Shown here: positions 38,990 to 49,161 of the stretch, in pieces
Layout of the letters: each line of letters starts with the position of its first letter
Numbering within the stretch: the first letter of the stretch is position 1
NCBI GenBank assembly: GCA_036172245.1
Contig: JAYWIR010000045.1
Location: 930,001-994,000, forward strand
Source: Raillietiella orientalis
Lineage: Eukaryota
Direction of reading: 5' to 3'
Length of the DNA: 64,000 bases
Made by a program: the position numbers and the translations under genes
Notes under the pieces: generated by a model
Database searches by the model: none
What the model was told of the DNA's origin: nothing
The model's input: the letters and a program-made list of their open reading frames with translations, nothing else

Positions 38990-40100
38990 GGAAGTACGGA
39001 CCGTCGGGCTGATCGAATCACAGCGTATCTCCCCACTCCCCTTAGTGATTGGGAGCTTTCACATCCCGGGAAGGCATCCACGGTGGGATCTCATTGTCCC
39101 GCCGTGCTTCCGGCCTCTGCTTACACCGAAGACTGCCGGGTGCTCCTTCAGGTCTCCGACCGGATGCAGCATGCCTTGAGGGGCTCTGCTAGATCGGAAG
39201 GAGCTGCGGGGGAGGACTGGGCTTCCCCCTCTCCAGGATGCGGGGGGTCCCCACGTCTTCTCCGAATACGGGCAGCTGCAAGCCTCCTTCCGGAGGTTGG
39301 TTCCTCCCATGGAGAGGATGTGGAACAGCCACTGGTGTGTCTTCTTCGCGCATCCTCCTGAAGGATGCGGTAAGCTGCGGAGGACTCGCGGCCATCCTCC
39401 CACATAGCCGCGTGCGCGGGAGATGCCCGTGTCACCTGCTTCCCCGATTGAGTGCCTGCTGGGAGGTCACCTTCCTGCAGCGAGCCTTGCTGACTGTCGC
39501 GAAAGCGAGTCGCGCACCCTGCGGCCCGCTTCGCGGAAACATTCGGTGGCAAGAGGCACTGTAAATACGGGGGCATCTGGATGGTTTCCCCAACAGCAGT
39601 CCCATCAGCTGCTTGAGGAGATACTTCCAACCGAAGAGATCCTGGACGATGCGAGTCTGCTTCCCAGGGCTCAGCGGGAGACCATTCAAGATGCCACGAG
39701 TCCTCCTTCCTGGATGAAGAGGAGACCGACACTCCAGCAGCGTGGGCGGTAACCTGCCGGACCGCGGAGGCCAACAAGCCCGTCTCCCAACGGGCAGCGT
39801 CTCGACTCGCGAGCGAAACCATGCCTTGCTGAGGGTCCGCGAGGTGGATCGAGTTTTTCGGGACTCCCCGTGAAGACCTTGAGATTCCGGGCCTGCTGAT
39901 GGGCTCCGCCGCCGTCTTTGTTCCTCCACGTTACCAGCAGACTTCATCTTGCATCGCTCTTCTCGAGGAACGCCGCCGCGCCTCGGCGGGAAAAGTGCCC
40001 AAGAAGTGCACCCCTGAGAGGCAGTGGGAACTCTGCTCTTGAATGCGGAGGGCATAGCAGGTTCATTTTGGTTCCCGAAGCTGCCCGACAGGATGCTGTT
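38990..40100 (+). mobile_element. Degenerate LINE ORF2 (RT to C-terminus) containing segment A
   Basis: QRISPLPLVI (QGxPLSP-like), AYTEDCRVLL (YADD-like) and CGGLA, in order, then segment A 39587-40030. Confidence 0.55.
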
Positions 40101-40339
40101 CCGCTTAAAAGAAAACCCACCTCTCCGGAATTATCTATTACCTCCTAGTCCAGGTGATCATCTTCCGAAAAATCCACAGCCTCCATGCGAAGGGGAACTA
40201 TATGACCCAGTGTAGGATACTAGATACAGGGCATGCTCAGTGCCACTGTGGGAAGACTCGCTCGTGTAAACCGATGCACCTGGACATTTATCCAACATAC
40301 ATAAATAAAATTTATGCACCCTGAGTAGGGAGGACAGAT

Positions 40340-41250
40340 ACGTGCCGGGCCAGAACCAAAGGGACTGTTCTCCTTGAAGAAACCGGAGAGAAGTGGAAGG
40401 AGAGCACTGAGAGTCAATCCATAAATAAATAAATATGGAAGGCGCTGCATTATGGCATAATAAATACGATTCCGGATGGCTTCTGTCGAAGAGGGATGTA
40501 AAGCCAGTAAGGGAAGCAGAAGAGACTCCTAGGCGACGGCGACTGCCAACGGATTTCTGCGGTGACAGCCACTGCACTCTTCCTGCACTGCGGCCCCCAC
40601 CGCTGCTCGCATGTGGCAGAACGCCTCCCAGCGAGGAGGCAGCCGGTATGTCAGGAGAAGTGAAATAGTCTTCATTCCAGATTGCGGCTGGGATACCTAT
40701 TTCAAATAGGTAAACAAGGCCAATTACGTTGGATACCGCCACGTGTCGGTACGTAAGTACAGGGACTACCCTGCTGGGGACACAACAAAGGAGTGGTGGG
40801 ATGCGAGAAAGAAATGATAAATAAATAAGGGGTGAATAGAATGATCTGACCTCGCGGGACTCATCAAGACTCCCGAGAGCCTTGGGTAGGAAAGAGATGG
40901 CAGGAAAGAGGTCCTCTGCGTTTACTGGTGTTTGCGCACAATCGCCCGGACGCTCCCTTGAGCCCTCGAACGTCCCAGATTGAGGCGCTTTGTCTCTCTG
41001 AGCACGTGGGTGGTGTCCTCGGGATGACGGCCGCGCCATCTCTCCATTTTGAGTATCGCCGCTGCTTGCACGTGGCCGAGGATCGCCCGAAGAGGGGCAA
41101 CCAGCACTCCTGGAAGAGTGGGCGTTCCTCGAGGAAAGCAACTCGAGGATGGAGGCGTTGGCCAGCGAGGTCCGAGATCTTGAAGTGGAATGACCAGCAG
41201 GCAAACAATGGAAGACCTGCCGAATCCCTTCTCAAGTAAGCAAAAACCCT
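40340..41250 (-). repeat. Inverted copy of LINE segment B
   Basis: Reverse complement of 26330-27065, with few mismatches in the central ~560 bp. Confidence 0.9.
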
Positions 41251-41574
41251 ATCCAGCATTTCTGATGACCAAGGAAGAATGCGAAGTTTCTGTCATTGTT
41301 TCCTCGATTGGCGCAGTTCGTTCAATCTATTGCAGCTGATCTGTGAAAGATGATGGTTGCGTTCGGGTGCTGGGAAGAAAGAATGATGGAAACTCTACTT
41401 GTCATCTCCAGCGATTCGAATTTAATCCATCTCAAATAATCCCGGCCCGGTTTTTCTCTTCCATCCCTTCTAGTTGAGCTCGGAGACGCGATTTGTGATG
41501 CAGGTCGCCGAGTTTGGACCGACCACTCTGTCCAAACCCCTGGCGGCTTGCGCTATAGGAGAACGGGCCACCGT

Positions 41575-41879
41575 TCAGTACACCCAAGGGACGTGCGTGT
41601 TGGGTGGGTGGGAGGACGTGAAAGTGGCAGAGGTCTTCTTGATGGGCGCCACCGTGGACGATTTGCCACGAAATCTTGTTTCCGGTATTCCCGCCACGAC
41701 GTTGGATTCGATGTCACAGTGGTTGTAACCTCGCAGGAACTTCACGAATCCTTTCTCTCCCCACCGTTTGCTCCAGGAGTTCGCAGCGAGCCAGTAGGGG
41801 GTGTTATTCTCGACGCCCCAGCCGATCAGCTTGATCGCGTGCTTCCCTTGGAAGGACCCTCGGAAGTGCTGGTAGACAC
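41575..41879 (-). CDS. CTSB: Cathepsin B-like protease exon 6 (catalytic His and Asn, stop)
   Basis: gagcag|GT GTC... gives [66 protein letters not shown]...PWVY*. TGA at 41577-41575. Confidence 0.95.
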
Positions 41880-41926
41880 CTGCTCAAGAAATCGGAGTAT
41901 CAGCAGACGGTTGGAGGCAAATTCAC

Positions 41927-42043
41927 CAGAATCGTAATACAAAAAGTCTAAGTAGAGAAAGAAGTCCGTTTCCACTGGACCGTTTTCAATGATCTCCCTC
42001 ATGATGGACCCCTGGTCTCCGTGGATTCTGTAAGCGCTTTCTC
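41927..42043 (-). CDS. CTSB: Cathepsin B-like exon 5
   Basis: attag|...|gtgaat. GESAYRIHGDQGSIMREIIENGPVETDFFLYLDFLYYDSG carries the EIxxNGPVE...DFxxYxSG motif. 117 nt, phases fit. Confidence 0.95.
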
Positions 42044-42130
42044 CTAATCCACGAGAAGAAATGAAAATCGAATGGTTTCAGTATTACAACAATGAGCAAG
42101 GTGTGTGCTGCGTGCACGCATCAGCGTTAC

Positions 42131-42254
42131 CATAGTGAAGGTCATCCTGGAAGCTCCGGTTGATCTTGCATTGCCTGGTGCACTTGCGGAAGTAGTAATC
42201 CGCGTACGGGTTCTCACCCCACGAGAATGTAGGGACTTCATAAGGCAAGCATCC
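42131..42254 (-). CDS. CTSB: Cathepsin B-like exon 4
   Basis: ttgcag|GGA TGC...TAT G|gtaacg gives GCLPYEVPTFSWGENPYADYYFRKCTRQCKINRSFQDDLHYG. 124 nt. Confidence 0.92.
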
Positions 42255-45200
42255 CTGCAATACAAATGGAGTGACGCCGTGGGTCATTTTGAGTAGCAGA
42301 ATTATTACTAGTAGTATTAACGATTACCATCCTGCGAGTTGCAAGAGGGAGGGATGCTGCCACGCATCCCAGATATTCGGATCGTGGTAGCATGCGCCCC
42401 GCCACCCCCACTCGAGAGGATGCTGACGGAAACCGCGCTGAAGTGAAAACTGGCCGCCTCCGAGATCTCCCCGAATCTCCGTGCGTCCTTGAGCGCATCT
42501 GCTAGGGAGAGCCGCCCGCCGCTCACGCGTCACGAGGGAGAAAGACTGAGCATCCCTCGCAGGGATGGACATCGGGTTCCTCAAGAACGTTTTTTTTTCT
42601 CACTCCCGGCTGTGCCCAGGGTCCGGTTGTCGTCGTGGGGGCGGCGAGCCGGAAGTCGCGGGCGGATGCTGCGAGGAAACGACTCCAGTCCGTGAGCATA
42701 TACTGCTCCAATCCCCTGAGAGGAGGCGGGATGATTCCCTGATGGGCTGCTCCTTGACCGGAAATGAATCATTGGAGAGAAGGCGGGCAGTTGTTGCCGC
42801 TACGAAAGAACCGCACTCCTTTGTGTACGAACCCGACTGCACCTCGTCCGGTGGTGCGCGTACGGCAGGAGCGTCTGCTCCGTATACCGCCACCCTCACA
42901 CCCAACCTGGACGGATCCGGATCTGCACACGCGCGCACGTAGGGCTCTTCTTCTATTGGCTTGCATGACCCCATTCCCAGCCGTAGAGAGAAATTCCCGG
43001 CCGCCTCCTCTTCGTTTCTGGGAACCGGAGTCCCCAGGAATCTCTGGAAGGCGGTGCTCCTCCATGGATCTTCGTTTTCTCAGCCCCATTCTCCATAATC
43101 TTCGGCCACCTTGCGAGGATTCCGAGCAAAGGCCGTCCCTTGCCTTGTCCTTGCGGCAAGACCCCTGATTGTCCCCTGAGAGTTCCGATCGTGGGAGCCC
43201 TCCTAAGGGGAGGAACCGTCCCTTGCCTTCCCCTGCGGCAAGACCCACTGTCCCACTGCGGGAAAATCCGTGCCAGCAGTTCCCTCCACGCACTGGTGGA
43301 GACCCCGAGATTCCCTTTCGGAGAGAGAGAGATCGGCAGTTCGGAAGCAGGTCTCTAGGAAGCAGTTGCCCTCGCTTTTGTCGCCTGATGTCGGAGGGGT
43401 CCACCCTTTCTCCATGAATAGTGCCATGCAGAAGGAGCACAACACATACGATCGGGACGATTTGTACGCTGGAAGATGGCCTCGATGACTCAAGTTCTCT
43501 CCAATCACGTTCAGGGGTTTCTTTAGCTTGGGGGAAGAGGCGGGAAAAGTGGGAAGGAGGTTACATGGAGTTCACCCAGCAGGAACTCTCTCTTACATAT
43601 TCTCTCTCCCGGAGACTTCGAACACGTACCCTCTTGACCTGCTATGTCCTCCCCCGTCGTCGCCGCTTCGTATGGTGATGGATGAGGGAGGGTGCGCGTG
43701 CGTTGCATCGGACCATCGCCCTCGCGGTTCCAGTAGCAAAAGGAAGGGAAGCTTTTCCAGCAGGAGGGTCTAAGGATTCCTGGTTTCTGTGGAATCCTTA
43801 TAACCTCCCCAAGCGACGACGAAGGGACGAGTTTGAAACTCAACTTCCCGCCATCCTTCGAACCTTTCGTGGTTTAATTCGTACTTATGCCGCTTCCTGT
43901 GGCACAACAGAGATGTGGGTGCAGTGGGTACCACCCTGGAGGTTCCTCGGGAATTCATGCCAGAGATGGCGCAACTCCTTCACGCGGTACTTCCACCAAC
44001 AGCGGTGGTGCGACCGGAAATTCACAAGGCGGGTCCTCCGCAAACCCGGGAGCGACTCCATCGAGGCGTTTCTGAGCATCCGCAGCGATGGAACTCCCCC
44101 TGATCGCGTGGACGGAGCGAGCACTCCGCTGTCCTGCATCACTGAGAGTGGATCAATGCGAACAGTGAAAGCGTCATGTAATGAGCAAGCATCGAAAGGC
44201 TCCAGTTTTTGTGCGCATCAAAGCTCTCCCGGATGAGTCAACCCGGAGTGAAAAAAACACGAGGCAGCAGCGGCCGTTCCTCGAGCTTGATGCAGCCTGA
44301 GAGGCCTTCACCCATGGGGTCACAGGCAGCGGCGGAGAATTCGCCTCCTCGGGGGCACAGATAGTGAGCCTGGAATCTCATGAGCTGTGGAGCACGTCAC
44401 AGGTATGCCCCGGAAACATGTGTTCCGTGCGTAGAATACTCGGCTCCTGAAGGATCTGGCAGCATTCCGCCATCTTCTGCTCAAGTGCGAGTGCTGCAGA
44501 TGAGGAACGAAAACGAAAGTTGTTGGATGGACCATTGCTTAGGAATCGCAAGGAAACACCTAATTTATTTGGCGCTAAGTCTACTCAGCTAGCAGGAAGT
44601 GGGGCTCGCCTCGGTGCCCTAGTAAACTAAGAAGGTGCCTCTTTATCCCTTCGGAATGGCATCCCTGAGATGCCAGCTCCCCGAAGAAGCAGGTCGGGTA
44701 CTGTTCCGCTCGTGCCGCGTTTCCTCCCCGGAAGGAGAATCAAGGAAACTTTCCCCTGAAGAGCCCGCTAGTGAGGGCAACCGGGAAAAGTCTCACCGGA
44801 AGAGACTTGACGACGACCCACAGCAAAGCGAAAGAAACGCGTACATCACCAGGCGGGAGTCAGCAACAGCGATGCGGAAGCTGAGGAAGATCAAGATGAC
44901 GAGGGACGAACGATGATGCGTGGCACGCCGGGAACACGGTATCCAGGCGAAGACGCAGACAGGCGGGCACGCGCACCCTCCCGGATGCCCTTCCAAGTCT
45001 CCCACCTTGAGGCGAACCTGGATGTTCAGTTGGCCGATGACGAGCAACGCCGTCCTCGAGAGTACCTGGCAACTGCAAGGTGCAAGTGGGGGGAGGGAAG
45101 ACGTCAGGGAATTCCGACGGAGACAACAGCAGGGAGCGAGAAGATCGGGAACAAGCATCATCCTCTACCGAGAGCTCGAACAGCATCGGAGATCGGCAGA

Positions 45201-47499
45201 TCCGAATTCCTCGCGGAAAAAGGGTATGGCGAGGCATCTTTCAGAGGTGCCAGGTGCAGAGAGATCCGGAGGAAAAGGAAAAAGGCAAAGAATGAAACTT
45301 CCTTTTTCTGGCTTTGCTGCTTCCCTTTTTTTCTTTTTTTTCTTCTTCAAAGAATACTCCTGAAACAGCTGCAGAACAGCGCGGTCTCTGAAGAGCAAGC
45401 AATCTCTTCTGTTAGCATGTTGGGGATGAGCCCAAGAGAAGGTGGAGGGTGGGGTGATCCTCATGCATCAGCCAATGAAATCATCTCTGAGGAAAGCCAC
45501 CGGTGGGAGAACGACGGAGAGGAACTCTCATAATTTATGACCATTGCAGGCCTCCGGGGATTAATGGGAACGCACGCGGTTCTCCAGGGAAGAAGCATCC
45601 TGCCAGGCTGCTGTGCGTGACTATCAACCCGTGGAGTGATCGACGCGGCTGTTCCCAAGACGAAAAGTGACAGCACTCGTGTAGTCTTGTGCGTGAGGGA
45701 GGAAAACCTGCGGGAACCCTGCTTTCTCCGACGACCCGGAGGAGTCGCTGCTGCCGAGAACAGGCAAACGTGCAAACGGGAGGATCTCGGCGGACGAGGG
45801 ACAGAAAAAACTCAGGGAGGGGGCGGAAGGACTCCAGGTACCTCCCGAACCATACCAAATGACAGCTCCCAGGAGTGCGGGGGAGGAATTGGAAGGATGA
45901 GGGAAGGAAGACTGACGTCACGCTTTCCTCCATCTCTCTGCGCCTCAATGAAGAGGTCGCAAGGCGGGCCTTTTCGTTCCAAATGAGGACGAAAAAGTTC
46001 GCCGGAGGAAGAGATCTGCTTCCAAGAGGGAAAGATGGCGGAAGAAGCTGGGAGGAGAAAAGATCGGTATCCCCTCCGCCCTCTGCACCCGGCAGCTTCA
46101 ACCTTGCCGCTGTTCCCTTCCCACCGTCCCAGCAGGTGAGTGCAGGTGCGGAAGCGCTAATTTTCTCTGCGGCAGCGCCTCTTTGTGAGCCCGGCTCTTT
46201 CAGCCTCTCCTCAACAGGCGCACGCGCGCCAGGAGGGACGAAACGGCTCCAGGAATGCGTGTTCTAGGGAGACGTTCCAAGAGTGTTCTCCGACCGCAGG
46301 AAACGGGGATTCCCGATTCCATCGCACCTCCAGTTGTGCACGTGCTCATATCTAATGGTTTTCTCCCTTTCCTCTTTAATCCCGGTTTCGGATTCTGGGA
46401 AGATCAGGAGAACGGGAGAGCTCCAGTCTCCTTCCTCCTCCTCTCTCGCTTCTCTGTCCTCTCACTCCTTATCCTCGGCAAATAGGTACTTTGTGAGTTC
46501 GCTTCCGGGTGAAGATTCCCTCAGGAAAGCCAGCTTGGCATCCCGCTGCACTGGAGGAACTTTCTTTCCTGGAAGACGGAGATTGCATCCATCTCAGTGC
46601 ATCTCTCTCCCACCCCTTTAGCAGCACCTCTTCTTTTCTACTCCTCTGTGTTAGTTCGTTCCTTCCTCCGTCTTGCGATCATTCTTCGAACTTGGAGGAC
46701 GTCGGTCTCCCCGATCTGGAGACCTATGCAAAATTCACTTCCGCTTCCACCCGTAGGACTTGAACAACCGCGAGCGCTTCCTTCAACACGCTACCGCCTC
46801 CTATCTTCGCCCACTGCCATCTCAAACACCCTTCCCTGGATCGGGTCGCAGACGCGGGTGCCTCTGTTTCACTTCGGGTGCCCTTGACCGCCTCAAGGCA
46901 AGCGCGACATTCGAAGGCAAAAGAATGGTGACAGCTCGGGCGCGCCGTTCCCTAGCGCAGGGGATATAGGAGGCACTGCACGAACCCTCCTAGAGGTCAG
47001 GTCAATGAAGAACACTCCAGGCGACCCACACTCTTCCTCCTCCTCTAAGATCCGCCAAAAGCGGGCATTTGCTCCTCTCCTCGTCCCGTCTCCAGCCCCC
47101 TGCCTTCCCACGTTCGACGCGCTCCTGGGTAGATCTCCAGCGTGCACGGTTTTCCATGTGCGTCATCTTCAGCAGGACCTCTTTCAAGGTCTCCATTTCT
47201 AGCACTGTCTCTGAAGAATGCACACGAGTCCAGGGACAAAGAGCTAAGACCAGCCAGAGAGTGCGGCAGCTGCAGCACCAGCTCTCCTCGAGGAGAATCG
47301 AAAGGCCGTCGCATCGCTCTCTTCACTGTCGTGATGGAAACTCTGCTTCGAGGGTGAGTCGACTCTAGTGACCGTGGCACTGGAGAGGAGAAGGGGAACA
47401 CACAGAACCGCCCCCCTAGTCGTGCATACGGTTTGGGATGAGGAAGTCCGAGGTCACGGTGCCACCTCCTCGGAACGAGTGATCAAGTGTCAGCGGCAC

Positions 47500-48280
47500 C
47501 GCGCAGACTCCGCCTTGAGATCACCTCTGAAGCCAGTGTGCGCAGTGGCAAACAGTACCCAGTATCGCCGAGTGTATGGGCTGCTCTCCTAGCGGTGGGA
47601 CAAAAAGAAGCGAGAAAGGGACGGAGTGAGGTGGAACAAGACGGCCAGGGTTGGGAAAAATCGGAGGAGACGGAGAGAAGGTGCGGGGAGGGGGGGAGAG
47701 GAGGATCCGCGACCAGCATCGTGCATGTCTTATCCTCTCATCCTCACTAGGATTTTGAACGCCTTCCCTCCGCTATCGAGCCTTCCGCAGGTCGTTCCTA
47801 TCGTCTGAGCGCGTCGCCTGGAACCCGCCTACGGACCTCCTCGGCGGGAGAGCTGGGGACAAAGCAACCGAAGGAGGAATTCGAAGGGATGCTGCGGCAT
47901 CGAAGCACGTCTCATTCGGATTGTCTGCGGCGCTCTCACGGCGCGCGCCAGCAGACGACCAGAGAAAGTTTCGCTCTTGCAACCGAGGACCTCGTTTTCC
48001 GCCTACCCCACGGGGATACCGGATGGCCGCTAGCGGGTAGATCTGAGAGCACCCGCAAGAGTTTCTCCGGATGCCGCGTAAAGGCGCTGGCAATATCCGC
48101 GGACACGACAAGCAGTCGGCCGGAGGTACTGCTCCGCAGCACAGGTCGCGAGCGCACGCTTTCTCATCTCCGGAAGCAGGACATCAAAGATCCACCTCCC
48201 CCCACCGTCGCATGTCTTCCCGGTTTGCCCCATTGGCATTCCAGGGAGAAGCGGAACATTCCGCCCGGGAGATAGGTTCC
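47500..48280 (-). mobile_element. Degenerate non-LTR reverse transcriptase inside cathepsin intron 3
   Basis: Ordered RT motifs across frameshifts: QWGKPG (QxGF-like), LLVVSADIASAF..EKLLRVL (DxxxAF), IPPSVALSP (QGxxLSP-like), RSDD (YADD-like) and RYWVL (YLG-like). Confidence 0.5.
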
Positions 48281-48324
48281 CATGACAGCAGATTCTACGT
48301 GTGCTGCGAGAGGTACGTACTGAC

Positions 48325-48522
48325 CTTCATGCTCCCGTAAGGACCACCCGACACCAGACCCGAGGTCTGCCAGTACTTCCAGGCTGAGAACGGGTATCCT
48401 CCATCGCAACCGTGGGAGATGGTGCAGCAGTCGAGAAGATGCTGAGCGGATATGCGTGTGCTGTACGTTGCTCCAGAGTGGATGCAGATCCGGTCCGAGA
48501 TAGCGGAAGCTGCCGCCTTCGC
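48325..48522 (-). CDS. CTSB: Cathepsin B-like exon 3
   Basis: gtgaag|GCG...ATG AAG|gtcagt gives [16 protein letters not shown]...[38 protein letters not shown]. 198 nt. The acceptor is a weaker AAG, chosen by alignment. Confidence 0.92.
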
Positions 48523-48631
48523 CTTCACAGACGGAAGATGTTCCCAATAGGTCCAGAAGGAGGTGAAGGGAAAGATTAGGAGGAGGAAGAGAGGGGGGGC
48601 AGGGAGGGAGCGGAGATGGAATTTTCCTCAC

Positions 48632-48850
48632 CCAGCAGGACCCGCACGTGCCCTGGTTCCTGATCTCAAAGAGGGAGGGGCAGTTGCCCCACCTCTCCCG
48701 GGCATCGAAAGACTCTGGGAATTCCTGGAACATGGAGGAGGAGGCATCCTTGTAGGGCAGCGAATTTTCTCCGTTCCGTCCGTCGGTGTCGTTGTACATC
48801 GTTCCCGCCAGGTATTTCGAGGAAGGCAACAGGAACTTCGGAACCTTAGC
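48632..48850 (-). CDS. CTSB: Cathepsin B-like exon 2 (propeptide end, oxyanion Gln, catalytic Cys)
   Basis: ctctag|GCT AAG...TGC TGG|gtgagg gives ...[30 protein letters not shown]. 219 nt. Confidence 0.96.
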
Positions 48851-48941
48851 CTAGAGAAGACAGCGTGGAGGCTGCTGCAGTGCGAGCGAGGATGAAAAGG
48901 AAGCAGAGGATCGAGAGAAGCGAAAAGCAGAGAGTTCTTAC

Positions 48942-49115
48942 TTTCCACGTGGAGTTCATCTTGTTGATCGCGTTCACGATGGATTCGGGCGTCTCGTCAT
49001 TTGCCTCCGATGACCTCTTGACGCTTCCGCGTGCCTCGTCGGCATTGCTCAGGCCCGTCAGGAAAGCCGCCACACCGCACACTACAACGAATTCCCCCGA
49101 CCAGTTTGCTTTCAT
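48942..49115 (-). CDS. CTSB: Cathepsin B-like exon 1 (signal peptide plus propeptide)
   Basis: ATG at 49115 gives MKANWSGEFVVVCGVAAFLTGLSNA...ESIVNAINKMNSTWK|gtaaga: a hydrophobic leader plus the INxxNxTWKA propeptide motif. 174 nt. Confidence 0.9.
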
Positions 49116-49154
49116 GACGACAGCAGTGGTGCTCTCACGGACACACGCCACCCG

Positions 49155-49161
49155 TTAAATA
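49155..49161 (-). promoter_or_regulatory. Candidate TATA-like box of the cathepsin gene
   Basis: TATTTAA on minus, 40 nt upstream of the ATG, preceded by a GA-rich tract (~49175-49250). Confidence 0.5.

Noticed and set aside
40158..41204. Duplicated 348-aa / 223-aa 'conserved protein' (also 26323-26994)
   Set aside because: The identity reflects a recent DNA repeat. The frame runs through UTR-like sequence and has no protein motif.
38990..41250. Twin-primed (5'-inverted) LINE insertion
   Set aside because: The segments are tail to tail, not joined at the 5' end of the 3' piece.
42300..47400. Nested gene within cathepsin intron 3
   Set aside because: No ORF with recognisable homology and no consistent exon chain.
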